IMG/VR virus record: IMGVR_UViG_3300026442_000101
DNA length: 64,000 nucleotides
Reading direction: 5' to 3' (one strand)
Source: a virus
Lineage: Duplodnaviria > Caudoviricetes
Made by a program: the position numbers and the translations under genes. Positions 45,737 to 55,764 of this stretch are shown here, one piece after another. Under the pieces are notes generated by a model. The model was not told the DNA's origin. It searched no databases and was given only the letters and a program-made list of their open reading frames with translations. Each line of letters starts with the position of its first letter. The stretch's first letter is position 1.

Positions 45737-46050
45737 CGAAGACCCTCCAACAGATGTAGAGGCGCCAACTCCTCAAGCGGATGGCTGGAGTATTGGAGGA
45801 TGCGTTTCTCGAAGTTAGGGTCAGTGCCCTCGATCCACGCATAGCCTTCGAAGGTCTTCACCTCGATGGCCCAGTCAGCGGGGCCGTAATTGCTGCCCAT
45901 GATGACGCGGAACGGCGTATCGCCCAGAGCAGCGGCGGTCACGGTACGGACCTCAGCCTCAAGGAGATTGTACGCTTGGCGCAGCTGGTAACCCAGCGCA
46001 CGCTTGGTGAGCTTGCGGTTACCGCCGAAGTAGTGCTTAAGCTTGCGCAC
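45733..46050 (-). CDS. Hypothetical protein
   Basis: 105 aa overlapping both neighbours. Confidence 0.55.
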   Translation of the reverse strand: MRKLKHYFGGNRKLTKRALGYQLRQAYNLLEAEVRTVTAAALGDTPFRVIMGSNYGPADWAIEVKTFEGYAWIEGTDPNFEKRILQYSSHPLEELAPLHLLEGLR

Positions 46051-46723
46051 GGATAGGCTCCAAGGTAGCGAGGTCGTAGAAGGTGAAGTAACCCTTCTTC
46101 CAACCCTCGGTGTCGATGTGGTGGATGTTCGCTACGATCAGCGGCTCTGCTACTTTGCAGTGACCGACCACCAAGGCGCGGATATCGCGCACTGGGCGCT
46201 CATCACGGATCTGGTAGCGGTTGCGAGAACCCTGCACGGCGTTACGCACAAGCCATGCGATGCGGTGATCCTTCGAGTGGAGGTACTCCTTGAAGGTTTC
46301 CCAGGTATCGAACATCACGTCAGCGTGGACGATGCAGACCAGACCTTCTTCAGTCTCGATCTCCATCCCGATGGGCAGCTTGCCGAACGCGGCAGCCCAT
46401 TCATCTTTGTGCTCTTCTTTGAAGTTCTGGAACCACGAACCACCTTCAGAGACCCACTTGTCTACAGGGCGTTGACGCCAGTCGACGACGTACTGATCAT
46501 GGTTGCCGCGTACAGCGAAGAACCATGGCTGAGACAACCACCAGAGCGATTGGCTGCTCTGGGGTCCACGGTCTACCAGGTCGCCGACGCTGAACAGACG
46601 ATCGTACTGCTTATCGAAGCCGATCTCTTCGAGTCCCCGCTCGACACGGTCCCAGCAACCGTGGATATCGCCGATCGCAATATCGCGACCAAACTTATTT
46701 CTACCGAAGTGACGAATCAACAT
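46037..46723 (-). CDS. Serine/threonine protein phosphatase (lambda NinI/PphA-like metallophosphoesterase)
   Basis: GDIHG, GDLVDRG, RGNHD, VHA, VGH and IDT motifs. Confidence 0.9.
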   Translation of the reverse strand: MLIRHFGRNKFGRDIAIGDIHGCWDRVERGLEEIGFDKQYDRLFSVGDLVDRGPQSSQSLWWLSQPWFFAVRGNHDQYVVDWRQRPVDKWVSEGGSWFQNFKEEHKDEWAAAFGKLPIGMEIETEEGLVCIVHADVMFDTWETFKEYLHSKDHRIAWLVRNAVQGSRNRYQIRDERPVRDIRALVVGHCKVAEPLIVANIHHIDTEGWKKGYFTFYDLATLEPIRAQA

Positions 46724-46735
46724 CCGTATCCCCTA

Positions 46736-47353
46736 TTAGAAGTAGTAGTTCGACTTACCGATGCGTTTGTTGAATTTCCCTGCGACACCACGTTCTACCT
46801 CGATGCTTTGACGAGTGCCTGAGAAGCCCCTGGTCTTGAACAGGACGACTTCGCATGCAACTCGCTCTATGTTAAGGAAGTTCATCAGAGCGTGAGCGGC
46901 GGCTGCCACCATCTCATGCTCGTTTGCAATTATCCACGCCCTGTCCTCGACGACGTCCTTGCGGTAGTGTTCGACGGGATGCTTGTTACCATCCTGTTCT
47001 CGCATTACCTTAGGGTCCCGCAGCTGTATGTCCAGAGGGATAGCTTCGCCCTCATAGATCACAAAGCCAGGTCGCCCCATCTTCGAGATCTCGGTCGAGC
47101 ATTCATACAGATCGAGCAGGCCGTCGGCAAGGAAATAGACCATCTCTTTACGGCCAGGGGCGTCGATGACTTTATTGACCATCGCTTCCTGGACAGAGCG
47201 GGTGCAGCGTTTGGATAACTTGATGAGTTTCTTCTTCTGTTCCTTCTTATCTTTTACGTATTCGACTATCAGCGCCATGCGCAGTAACGCGTCGAGTGGA
47301 TCGTAAGCCATGACACGAATTCCTAAGTTGACATCTATTCTATAATGTGTCAC
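46736..47353 (-). CDS. Hypothetical protein
   Basis: About 190-205 aa; promoter motif at 47344-47355 suggests a start at about 47310. Confidence 0.55.
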   Translation of the reverse strand: MTHYRIDVNLGIRVMAYDPLDALLRMALIVEYVKDKKEQKKKLIKLSKRCTRSVQEAMVNKVIDAPGRKEMVYFLADGLLDLYECSTEISKMGRPGFVIYEGEAIPLDIQLRDPKVMREQDGNKHPVEHYRKDVVEDRAWIIANEHEMVAAAAHALMNFLNIERVACEVVLFKTRGFSGTRQSIEVERGVAGKFNKRIGKSNYYF

Positions 47354-47355
47354 TG
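47344..47355 (-). promoter_or_regulatory. Promoter-like motif CAGTGACACATT
   Basis: Motif copy just downstream of a terminator. Confidence 0.6.
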
Positions 47356-47516
47356 TAACAAAATAAAAGAGATCAAAATGCCGGGGCGATTAAGCCCCGG
47401 CATCTATGCTGTTAGCCCTTGTCGTTATTACCGTATTTATCGTACAGGGCTTTGAGTCCGTAAAGACCCAGTCCAATGATTACAACCCAGCCTACAAATG
47501 TAGCCATGGTGTACTC

Positions 47517-47855
47517 CTATTCCAAACTGCTGATGTCGATAGCGTGAGCCTGGGCGATACCCACTGCTGGGACCTCCGAGGCTGCCCGCTGATAGGTACT
47601 GATGATTTCACCCGCGGTTTCAGCACCGAGGATGTGGAGCATGAACGAGTAGATCGAGATATCGATCCAAGCGTTCTCGCTGTCATGCTTGCTGATCAGT
47701 TCAGCAATCTCGCCCATCAGGTAGCGCGCAAGCACTTCCTGGTTAGCTTCATCACGAAACAGATCCAGCGGAACCTTCTGCTTCTCAGTGAGGTATTTGA
47801 AACGTTCCAGCAACTCACCGCTGAACTTCGCAGAGAGGAATTCGAGAATATCCAC
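47517..47855 (-). CDS. Hypothetical protein
   Basis: 112 aa with GGAG RBS. Confidence 0.55.
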   Translation of the reverse strand: MDILEFLSAKFSGELLERFKYLTEKQKVPLDLFRDEANQEVLARYLMGEIAELISKHDSENAWIDISIYSFMLHILGAETAGEIISTYQRAASEVPAVGIAQAHAIDISSLE

Positions 47856-47864
47856 GAGGACTCC

Positions 47865-48068
47865 TTAGAAGAAGCCGAGGTCTATGCCGCCGGCCTTGAT
47901 GTTGATTATTGGACTGCCGTTAAAATAGGTGAGGATCATCTCCACATCTGGCGTGGCGATAATGATCGATTCGGCGTCCGTGAACTGATCAGGGGTGATC
48001 GCCTGTTCCTCGAGCAACTCGAGGAGACGATCATTGATCTGCTTAGCCCCACGAATTACTTCAGACAT
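47865..48068 (-). CDS. Hypothetical protein
   Basis: 67 aa with GGAGG RBS. Confidence 0.55.
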   Translation of the reverse strand: MSEVIRGAKQINDRLLELLEEQAITPDQFTDAESIIIATPDVEMILTYFNGSPIINIKAGGIDLGFF

Positions 48069-48080
48069 AGCGATTACCTC

Positions 48081-48614
48081 CTACTTACAGAATTCGCGAT
48101 CGGTGAATACCGTTCGCTTATTACCGACCATGATTACATACTGATCGGCGTGTTCGATAGGGAGATTACCGAACTCTCCCTTACTTGCATTCTTCCACCA
48201 CCATGACCCATCTTTCATCAGACCGATGACTTCGGTATCATCGCCTGTGAGTTTGATAGTGGTCTTCTCGGTAGTCTCCAGCTTGTTCATGTGACGGTAC
48301 GCGCCGTAGAAGTCGATGAAGGGCTGACCGAATGTTCTGGTGCCGTTGACGGTGGCGTCATTCTTGGTAATCTTGCAGTCCACTGGGTACGACAGATAAC
48401 CAGTCTTCTTGGTATCCCAGCCGATCCAGCCGATAGCGCCAATCATGATGATCCCAGCAATGGTGACCATCAGGTAGACACGCAACATGAAGAGTCTGGC
48501 GTTCTGTAGAACATCGCGATGCTTCTGCACCATCTTGTCGCGTGAGGCGATTCCCGCATCGAGTACGACTACGTGGGAATCTTCGTTATTGCTTGGGAGG
48601 GCTTCTGTGGACAT
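48081..48614 (-). CDS. Single-TM membrane protein with periplasmic domain
   Basis: TM at aa ~40-65, two Cys. Confidence 0.6.
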   Translation of the reverse strand: MSTEALPSNNEDSHVVVLDAGIASRDKMVQKHRDVLQNARLFMLRVYLMVTIAGIIMIGAIGWIGWDTKKTGYLSYPVDCKITKNDATVNGTRTFGQPFIDFYGAYRHMNKLETTEKTTIKLTGDDTEVIGLMKDGSWWWKNASKGEFGNLPIEHADQYVIMVGNKRTVFTDREFCK

Positions 48615-48618
48615 CGTG

Positions 48619-49119
48619 TCACTCCTGGGTGATTCGTAAGCTATCGCTTACCGGTTGGGCTGGTAGACGTCCTTCGCTGAAGACGCAGGTCATCAAGTCA
48701 GGTACTTGCTCAAAGATACCCGGCAGGTATTTATTGAAACTGACGCAGTGGAGCAGGCGGAGCTTCTCATAAGCAGCTTTCGCCCTAGGCGGCTGACACA
48801 GTTTGAACTCGGTGACCGCTTTGTCTAATTCACAGATATCTATCCATCCCCTGGTAAACATCTTATCGACGTTTTGAACCAAGTTAGTCAGGCGCTGGAC
48901 TTCCCAAACGTCATTATGGTCGTTCGGTTCCGGGAAGACAATCTGGTCGGTAATGCGCGCACGGCCGATTGTCCTTACCCGCCGATGCTGACCCGGTTCA
49001 GGTGCTGCGATACGGCCCATGGCCTGTAACGCTTGGAAGACATCGGCCACGGTTGTATCTTTATCTAGGGGCGGTTCTTTCTTTGCCCAGTTGATTTCGA
49101 TGAGTCCGAAGAGCTTCAC
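48619..49119 (-). CDS. Conserved phage hypothetical protein
   Basis: IDIC.LD...AY..L.LLHC motif. Confidence 0.55.
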   Translation of the reverse strand: MKLFGLIEINWAKKEPPLDKDTTVADVFQALQAMGRIAAPEPGQHRRVRTIGRARITDQIVFPEPNDHNDVWEVQRLTNLVQNVDKMFTRGWIDICELDKAVTEFKLCQPPRAKAAYEKLRLLHCVSFNKYLPGIFEQVPDLMTCVFSEGRLPAQPVSDSLRITQE

Positions 49120-49174
49120 GGTAATCTCCTGTTTGCGGAATAAAGGCCGGGTGGTTTCCCACCCGGCTCAGGCA

Positions 49175-50836
49175 TCACTCTGGACGGTCGATGATGTAAT
49201 CGGCTTTACCGAATTCAGTCTCGACACGGATGATGAACGGTGCGCCTTGTGCAGGGCGCAGGCCGATGGCCGGACGCTCTACGTCAAGTTCCAGCGAACC
49301 GCCGTCAGAGAACGCGCTGATCACACGCTCCACTTCCTTGAACTCGCGACGCAGCAGTTCGTTGAAGAGGCAGAGCTTGCGGGGGTTGCGTTCTTTCAGG
49401 CCTTCCAGCACGATGATGTCACCGGCGTACTTCGCAGCAGCCTCACCGCCAGTCCAGGTACCAGGGATCGGCAGGACGCCAGCCACGTCATGGAACACGT
49501 TAGGAGCCATGTTGTACTGACGCATGTCGACCATTTCGGAGCTGGTGTACCAGCAGAACGGGTTGCGGTTGTCCTCGTGGTCGTAGAAGAAGATACGACC
49601 AGAGTCTTCCTTCACCGGCGCGGTAACGCAGAAGAAGTTACCTTGGACGATGGCGGGACGAGCCTGCATGGTGCGAGCGTTAGGCAGAACCTTCTCGCAG
49701 AACTTCTCCCAGGTCATGGTCACCGCCGGAGCGATGTGTTCCTTGATCTGCGGCTTGGCTTCTTCCTGCTTGGTGGTCAGGCTGCCGAACAGCTTCTTCT
49801 CAGGCTGCTTGACTTCGATCGGGTTTGGCGACCAGGTGAAACGATTGGCCACTTCGTCGATCTTCGCCAGGCGGCGCAGCAGGTCTTCTTCGCCCAGGCC
49901 CAGCTCTTCGAAGATCTGACGAGCACGCTCGACGTTACCTTCGGAAGGAGCAGCGGTCTGCTGACGGTAGTTGACCGGATCGATCTGCTTGATGAACGCA
50001 CGCTTGGCCATCTCGGTGGAGCGACCGTTGACGATCGGATCCAGGAGCATGGAAGCCACGACGTTGGTGCCGACGCGCGGGAAGGTTGGGTTGATGGCCA
50101 TGCCTTCAGCCACTGCACGCCAGATGTAGTTGCGCAGCAGGGTGTCCTTCAGACCCAGGTCGTCTTTCGCCTTGACCACGCCGTGGAACCACTTCAACAG
50201 TTCGGTGTGCTTGAGAGCGATCTGACCGCAGGATTCGGAGATCACGACCGCGGCAGCGATAGCTTTCAGCGGGTAGTTCTTGATCGCGTTTTCCAGCAGG
50301 GTGAAGTTCTCAGCGTAACGGCCGATGTTCTCGGCAACGTTGCTTTCGGAACACACCTGACGCACCAGATCTTTCGGCAGGAAGTAGTGCGACCACTTCA
50401 CCGCTTCGCCGTTCTGCTGACCGTCGGTCAGTTCTTCGCCCCAGCTGGCGTGCTCGGTCCAGAAGTAACCGGCAACGCCCTGACGACGTACGAAGGTTTC
50501 CACAGCCTTGGTCGAGGCGCGGTATTCTTCAGGCACGGCGTTGGAGTCCCAGAATGCCGGAACGGTACGGCCTTCCGGAGTGATGAAGACCAGGTGGCCG
50601 AAGCGTTCGAAGAACAGACGGCAGCTGGTGCACTTGTTGTGCTTCTGGAGCTCTTCCGGGAAGGCCTGACGGTAGACAGTCGACAGACCTTTGCCGCGGG
50701 TGGAGTACAGATGCGGGCCGAAGCTTGCGAAGTTTTCCTTGAAGGTCTGGATCGCCAGAGCTTGGGCCTTGTGGAAATCAGCACCGGAGGCCGACAGAAC
50801 CTCGGCTACGGAGTTACCAACTACTTCTTGAGTCAT
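49175..50836 (-). CDS. Large conserved hypothetical protein with N-terminal HNCxxC motif
   Basis: 553 aa; LQKHNKCTSCRLFF.RFG.L...WSH; very strong codon bias. Confidence 0.7.
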   Translation of the reverse strand: MTQEVVGNSVAEVLSASGADFHKAQALAIQTFKENFASFGPHLYSTRGKGLSTVYRQAFPEELQKHNKCTSCRLFFERFGHLVFITPEGRTVPAFWDSNAVPEEYRASTKAVETFVRRQGVAGYFWTEHASWGEELTDGQQNGEAVKWSHYFLPKDLVRQVCSESNVAENIGRYAENFTLLENAIKNYPLKAIAAAVVISESCGQIALKHTELLKWFHGVVKAKDDLGLKDTLLRNYIWRAVAEGMAINPTFPRVGTNVVASMLLDPIVNGRSTEMAKRAFIKQIDPVNYRQQTAAPSEGNVERARQIFEELGLGEEDLLRRLAKIDEVANRFTWSPNPIEVKQPEKKLFGSLTTKQEEAKPQIKEHIAPAVTMTWEKFCEKVLPNARTMQARPAIVQGNFFCVTAPVKEDSGRIFFYDHEDNRNPFCWYTSSEMVDMRQYNMAPNVFHDVAGVLPIPGTWTGGEAAAKYAGDIIVLEGLKERNPRKLCLFNELLRREFKEVERVISAFSDGGSLELDVERPAIGLRPAQGAPFIIRVETEFGKADYIIDRPE

Positions 50837-50895
50837 TATTACAGTCCTTGTTTGCGGGATTTACATCTAATGGTCTTGCTGCTTATCTTTTTACA

Positions 50896-51465
50896 TCAAT
50901 TGCCGATCAGGTCTTTGATGGCCTTCAGGCGTTCAATCACAGCTTCCTGTCCGGGGAAGTCGTGGTTTGGCAGATCGCGAGCCCAGTAGTAGCTCAGGCG
51001 CGGGTCTGCCAGAGCTGCAATATGGACCATGACACCGCCGATGTTGGTGTACAGGAGTTCATCGCCGAGAGACTTACTGTCCTTGAACTCGACGTCACGC
51101 GCTCTCCAGTAAAGCTGGAACCCCCCGGTATCACAGCTGTGGAGAATCGCGTTGAGCTGCTGCTCTACGGTATCGAACTCAGACTCGATAGGCACCAGCA
51201 TGCGGCGGGTAGGCTTAGCCAGACCAAGGCGCAGGATCAGCTGCTGGCCGGTGTGTTGGTTCACCAGGTACAGGTGGTCCATGACCGGGAAGTCTTTGTT
51301 GGACGGATCACGGAACAGCGCATGCCAGCCGTGGGCAAGGTTGCTCTGCACGTAACCATCGCCGGTGAACTCAGGGATGGTGCCTGGAGTCATCGCTACG
51401 CCTTCAGCGACGCGTACGTCAACGAAGTCAGTATTCTTTTGCTCGTGGTGCAATCGATCGATCAT
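50896..51465 (-). CDS. Hypothetical protein
   Basis: 189 aa with GGAG RBS. Confidence 0.6.
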   Translation of the reverse strand: MIDRLHHEQKNTDFVDVRVAEGVAMTPGTIPEFTGDGYVQSNLAHGWHALFRDPSNKDFPVMDHLYLVNQHTGQQLILRLGLAKPTRRMLVPIESEFDTVEQQLNAILHSCDTGGFQLYWRARDVEFKDSKSLGDELLYTNIGGVMVHIAALADPRLSYYWARDLPNHDFPGQEAVIERLKAIKDLIGN

Positions 51466-51491
51466 GTAACTCTCCTAATGTGGAATGTCAA

Positions 51492-51995
51492 TTAATAGCC
51501 GCGACGTCTAACGCGCGGATCGTGGGCTTTAGCAGAACCCTTCTTGGCATGAGCTTTACGCTCGCTACCGGTTTCTCCAGTCAACAATGTACGACCAGAA
51601 TTCCGTTTACTGGGAATGCCGAGTACGAATTGCTTCGAGTCCGGGTTGATGGAATCGATGAGTTGCTTGAAGCCTTCCATCGGATCCCTGGTCAGCCCGT
51701 CCAGCGCATCTATCATGTCGTCGACGTCAGGTGGAGCGATCAGGCCAGGATACTTCCGCCCGCGATGCAGAGCTAGGATCTGCTGCATGTTCACCATGGC
51801 GTCGAGGTGCTTCTCTTCCTCGACTACGATCACGATGTCTTGGACTGACTTACTTTCGAGCGCCAACTCATCGAGGATAGTGTTCGCGATGTAGCGACGA
51901 CCCTCAGCGCCCGGACCTGTCAGGATGATTCGACAACTTCCGCTAGAGGTGAGGGCTTTGATCAGTTCCTGAATCTTTGCTGCATTCATAACCAC
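51492..51995 (-). CDS. Hypothetical protein
   Basis: 167 aa; degenerate P-loop-like IILTGPGAEGR. Confidence 0.5.
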   Translation of the reverse strand: MVMNAAKIQELIKALTSSGSCRIILTGPGAEGRRYIANTILDELALESKSVQDIVIVVEEEKHLDAMVNMQQILALHRGRKYPGLIAPPDVDDMIDALDGLTRDPMEGFKQLIDSINPDSKQFVLGIPSKRNSGRTLLTGETGSERKAHAKKGSAKAHDPRVRRRGY

Positions 51996-52046
51996 CTCGA
52001 CAAAATAAAAAACCTGCCCGGTTACCCAGGCAGGGATACAAATCGT

Positions 52047-52775
52047 TTATTGCTCAGGTGGAGTTTCACCTTTGGTTTTCGGCCAGTATACGTCACCTAG
52101 TTCCTGAGCCACTTGGTAGACATCTGCGCCAGTGCCGATCCAGAAAACTCGCGCGCATTTGCGACGTTCTGGACGCATCGGTCGGAACCGCCACGACAGA
52201 GCACAGACGATGCCGAGTCTGTATTCATGCTCGGCATCGGGTAGACGCTCTGCAACGTATTGAATGGCCGCAGCGAGGAACCGAGCTTTAGAATCAGGAA
52301 CAGAAGCAAATGCACCGAACCAGCCAAAGTTATCCCACGACTTTACTTCATCGAAGAATGGCGTCAGTAGCTCCTTCGCCCGCGCAAGTCGCTTCAAACG
52401 TTCGGCTGTGATTTCATCAGCCAGAACACCTGGGTCTTTACGGCCGAAGTTACGATTGGCGATGAAATCAGGATCTGAGTTGAAGGCAGCAGCTTCCTGC
52501 CTGTCCTTATAACCCATCGCCTGATAGATCATCAATGATGCTCTCATGTATTTGATCTTGCGTTCAGACAGATCGCGGATCTTTCGAGCAGCCTCGTTGA
52601 TAACCCTCTCAGAGACCTTTTCCAGTAAGACGATCTGAGCGATGATACCGCTTACGTCACCATCTACTTCGGGCGGAGGTTCTACCTCGTACCCATTGCG
52701 GGACTTGAACGCCTCCTCATGTTCCTTAAGGTTTCTGGAGAGGTTCTTAGCGGTCAATACTTCCCGGCGCATCAC
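52047..52775 (-). CDS. Hypothetical protein
   Basis: 242 aa with GGAGG RBS. Confidence 0.6.
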   Translation of the reverse strand: MMRREVLTAKNLSRNLKEHEEAFKSRNGYEVEPPPEVDGDVSGIIAQIVLLEKVSERVINEAARKIRDLSERKIKYMRASLMIYQAMGYKDRQEAAAFNSDPDFIANRNFGRKDPGVLADEITAERLKRLARAKELLTPFFDEVKSWDNFGWFGAFASVPDSKARFLAAAIQYVAERLPDAEHEYRLGIVCALSWRFRPMRPERRKCARVFWIGTGADVYQVAQELGDVYWPKTKGETPPEQ

Positions 52776-53238
52776 GCACCTCCTTCAATTCGGTTTCAAG
52801 CATTTTGCCGCCTTTGTAAAACAATGCAGCGAAACACCTGGATGTCTCAAGGTGGATGGTCACGACGATTTTATAATCGGCTCGACGCAGCATAGCGATG
52901 GTCACACTTTCGCAATATCCATCGGACTGTCGTCCTACGATCATGTAAGCATTGCCTAAGGCGAGGACTTGGTCATTGAAATCACGTAACACGTAATGCC
53001 AAGGACCGCCATTAACTTCGACGACGGTCAGCTTGATCCCGAAGTTCATGGCAACGGCAGCGTCAACATTACCGCTGAACTGTCGGCGGGCTTTAGGTCT
53101 GGTCACTTCAGGAGCTTCTCGGAACGCCTTCTCGAGACGGTCCATTCGTAACTGGGTTGCGCTGATGTGATGCTTCAGCACTGATAGAGCTGTTTGCCAA
53201 TCCAACTCCAACTCCATTTGTTGTTCAGCCATCATCAT
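52747..53238 (-). CDS. Hypothetical protein
   Basis: MMMAEQQMELEL...; RBS. Confidence 0.55.
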   Translation of the reverse strand: MMMAEQQMELELDWQTALSVLKHHISATQLRMDRLEKAFREAPEVTRPKARRQFSGNVDAAVAMNFGIKLTVVEVNGGPWHYVLRDFNDQVLALGNAYMIVGRQSDGYCESVTIAMLRRADYKIVVTIHLETSRCFAALFYKGGKMLETELKEVRDAPGSIDR

Positions 53239-53386
53239 CCCCTTAATTCGTACGCTTGATGATCTGCTCAGCAATCCGGTCGCCGAGCGGTTCCTGTTTG
53301 CCTAATTCGGAGATACCGTACAGGCCAGCTACCAGGCAGAGAGTGAGAAACAGTCGACGAACCAGATTGTTCATGTGCAAATTCCT

Positions 53387-53908
53387 TTATGCGATAGTAG
53401 ACATTAGTGTTTCGTGATCAGCGCCTTCCACCTTCCATTCAAGGAGCGTGATGAGACGCGAGTAATCGAGTTGCTTGACTTTCTCGATGTCGCCTTCGTG
53501 ACCTTCGCAGATGATGCCGATGATGGCGCCACGCTTGACGCCGCTACCGAGGAACATCGGCAGGCCCATGTCGATGACGCGAGCATTACCGCCAGAGAGA
53601 TGCTGTACTTTACTTACCAGCGCGTCTCGATATTCCGGCTGTAGCTGCTTGGCTTGCAGTAACGCCGCATAGCCAGCCGCCTTGACCAGGTACTTCATTT
53701 CTTCTTCAGTACCGGTGTAAACGGTGTCGTCGATGCAGCCCAATACCTTGACGCGATTGACCAGCCGGGTTTCGGTGAGTTCGAGGATTTCGCTATTCCA
53801 GCCGATATCGCATTCGAGCAACTGACTCAACGCACCCCAAGGCTGATCGGTCTTCTTCGACTTGTAGGTCTCACCGTCTTTCGTACGGATCAGATCAATG
53901 GCGATCAT
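53387..53908 (-). CDS. Hypothetical protein
   Basis: 173 aa, ATGA overlap. Confidence 0.6.
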   Translation of the reverse strand: MIAIDLIRTKDGETYKSKKTDQPWGALSQLLECDIGWNSEILELTETRLVNRVKVLGCIDDTVYTGTEEEMKYLVKAAGYAALLQAKQLQPEYRDALVSKVQHLSGGNARVIDMGLPMFLGSGVKRGAIIGIICEGHEGDIEKVKQLDYSRLITLLEWKVEGADHETLMSTIA

Positions 53909-54324
53909 GCAGACTCACCCAACTTGATGATGCGGTTAGGGAGAGTTTCGTCTTCGGTCGGGTTCTTTGGTGCGAAGGCAAGGCCGCCCAACACTTCGTT
54001 GATTTTCTGAAGACGCTTACCTTCTCGACGAGTCGAATAGACCTGGAAGTTCCAGCTGCCGAATTGGACTTCTTTCGGCATTGGGTGGCAGTAAGGCGTG
54101 CTCTCGACCACGTTCTCCAGAACACCGAAGATAGCGCGTGTTTCCTTGTCTTCGTTCCAGAGCTTCTTCAGCACCTTTGGACTGACCGGCTTGTCAGTGC
54201 TGAAGTTGAAGATGATGGTGACGTCGTCAGCGCCTTTGGTGTAGATGCACTTACCCTTCGGATTGAAGGAGTCAGTGAACACGGTAATGTTGATGTCGCC
54301 AAGTTTCTTTTCGTAGTTGCTCAT
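53905..54324 (-). CDS. Hypothetical protein
   Basis: MSNYEKKLGDINITVF...; AAGGA RBS. Confidence 0.6.
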   Translation of the reverse strand: MSNYEKKLGDINITVFTDSFNPKGKCIYTKGADDVTIIFNFSTDKPVSPKVLKKLWNEDKETRAIFGVLENVVESTPYCHPMPKEVQFGSWNFQVYSTRREGKRLQKINEVLGGLAFAPKNPTEDETLPNRIIKLGESA

Positions 54325-54334
54325 GATTGTTTCC

Positions 54335-54628
54335 TTATACGTCGAGGTGGGAGAATGGTGGTTTGCCGTCATCGCTGAACGCGAGATGTACGCGGCCGAG
54401 TTCGAGATAGTCTTTGACCAGAGGACCGTAGCGGTCATCGGCCTTTACGCGGGCAGCCCACTCGGCAGCGGTTTCGCCGACCTTAGGGGTGACTACGATG
54501 CTCAGATGCTGCGGACGTTTGGTCAGCGCCTCTGGCGACAGGGACGTAACCGCGACAGGGAATACGTCGAAGAAGCCAGCTACGAAGTTAACGCCCTTAG
54601 TGTTAACGGATACGATGAGAGTTTTCAT
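54335..54628 (-). CDS. Hypothetical protein
   Basis: 97-aa ORF. Confidence 0.5.
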   Translation of the reverse strand: MKTLIVSVNTKGVNFVAGFFDVFPVAVTSLSPEALTKRPQHLSIVVTPKVGETAAEWAARVKADDRYGPLVKDYLELGRVHLAFSDDGKPPFSHLDV

Positions 54629-54662
54629 GCGAGTTCCTTCTTTAAGAAAAAGTGCTGCTTAC

Positions 54663-54703
54663 AAAAAATAAAAGGCGGGGGATTTCTCCCCCGCTTTATG
54701 CCG
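54663..54703. terminator. Bidirectional hairpin terminator
   Basis: AAAAAATAAAAG-GCGGGGGA-TT-TCTCCCCCGC-TTTATGCCG. Confidence 0.7.
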
Positions 54704-54705
54704 TG

Positions 54706-55596
54706 TTACTGAACGCGCTGTTGACGCACGTTTTGCACGATGGCCTTATCCAGCGACTTGCGCAGGAGGCGAACATCTTTCTTGTCCAGACCGTCGAACA
54801 GCTCGTTGTTGTAGACGATCTGAGCATTGACGCAGTAGGTATCGGGCTTCAGACGGGTGGAGGTCTTCAGGCCGTTGGTCTGCTTGTCGGTCAGTTCACA
54901 GGTGGAGTACAGCTGACCACCGATGGCGTCTTTCACGCCCTTGAAGCTCGAGACATCGATCTCGCCGATGGTCAGGTCTTCTTTGAACTCGCCAGTGATT
55001 TCAGAGCTGATGTTGCCAGGGCGACCAATGTAGACCATGCCAGCGATTGGGATGTCGTTCTTGGCACGACGCACCTTGCCGTCAGCAGCAGCCTTCGCAG
55101 CCGAGAACCAGTCGTCGAAGACGATGATGTTCAGGTCTTTGAAGTCCTTGTCGACGTTACCGAAGTTACGCAGGGTCACTTCAGCACCGGAACCTTCAAC
55201 AACGGCGATGCCTTTGTTCTTGTGTTCCTTGTCGGACATGTCACCGAAGTCGCTCACGCCACCCTTACCGAACAGCCAGTAGATGGCTTCCTTGTGGGCG
55301 TCGCTGACGGCGATGTCAGACGGCAGGGGACGGGAGATCACGGCGTCAGCTTGCAGAATGGCGACATCGCAGTCGCCGTCCTTCAGCATCTGGGCCGAGG
55401 ACACCGAGCCTTCAGTCGACAGCACCTCAACCTGGACCTTGGCTGCTTTGGCGACATCATTGGCGATCTGCTTGGCAAACGACTCGTAGAAGCCGCCTTC
55501 TGCACCGCCGCAGAAGTTGAGGGTTTTGCCTTCGATAGCGAGGGCGTTGAACGACATGGCCATCATGGCCAGTGCGGCGACGAGCATCTTCTTCAT
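54706..55596 (-). CDS. TAXI-family TRAP transporter solute-binding protein (periplasmic)
   Basis: Signal peptide; G...GG.Y....I, STEGSV..A..L..G..DVAILQAD motifs. Confidence 0.8.
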   Translation of the reverse strand: MKKMLVAALAMMAMSFNALAIEGKTLNFCGGAEGGFYESFAKQIANDVAKAAKVQVEVLSTEGSVSSAQMLKDGDCDVAILQADAVISRPLPSDIAVSDAHKEAIYWLFGKGGVSDFGDMSDKEHKNKGIAVVEGSGAEVTLRNFGNVDKDFKDLNIIVFDDWFSAAKAAADGKVRRAKNDIPIAGMVYIGRPGNISSEITGEFKEDLTIGEIDVSSFKGVKDAIGGQLYSTCELTDKQTNGLKTSTRLKPDTYCVNAQIVYNNELFDGLDKKDVRLLRKSLDKAIVQNVRQQRVQ

Positions 55597-55626
55597 GTTT
55601 TACTCTCGAGTGGTACTGCGGGTGGG

Positions 55627-55764
55627 TTAATTGAAAAGCTTGTAAGCGCCGTACACCGCCAAGCAGACGATGACTAGGCCAGCGGTGAAAAGCCAGCCTT
55701 GCAAAACGCATTGGCACGGCTGGCGTTTACATTCGCAGCAGTAGACGTGATCACGACGAGACAT
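55627..55764 (-). CDS. Small Cys-rich membrane protein
   Basis: MSRRDHVYCCECKRQPCQC plus a TM helix. Confidence 0.5.
   Translation of the reverse strand: MSRRDHVYCCECKRQPCQCVLQGWLFTAGLVIVCLAVYGAYKLFN

Noticed and set aside
49019-50989. 656-aa plus-strand ORF
   Set aside because: Antisense shadow of the codon-optimised 553-aa gene.
54652-55677. 341-aa plus-strand ORF
   Set aside because: Antisense shadow of the TAXI gene.
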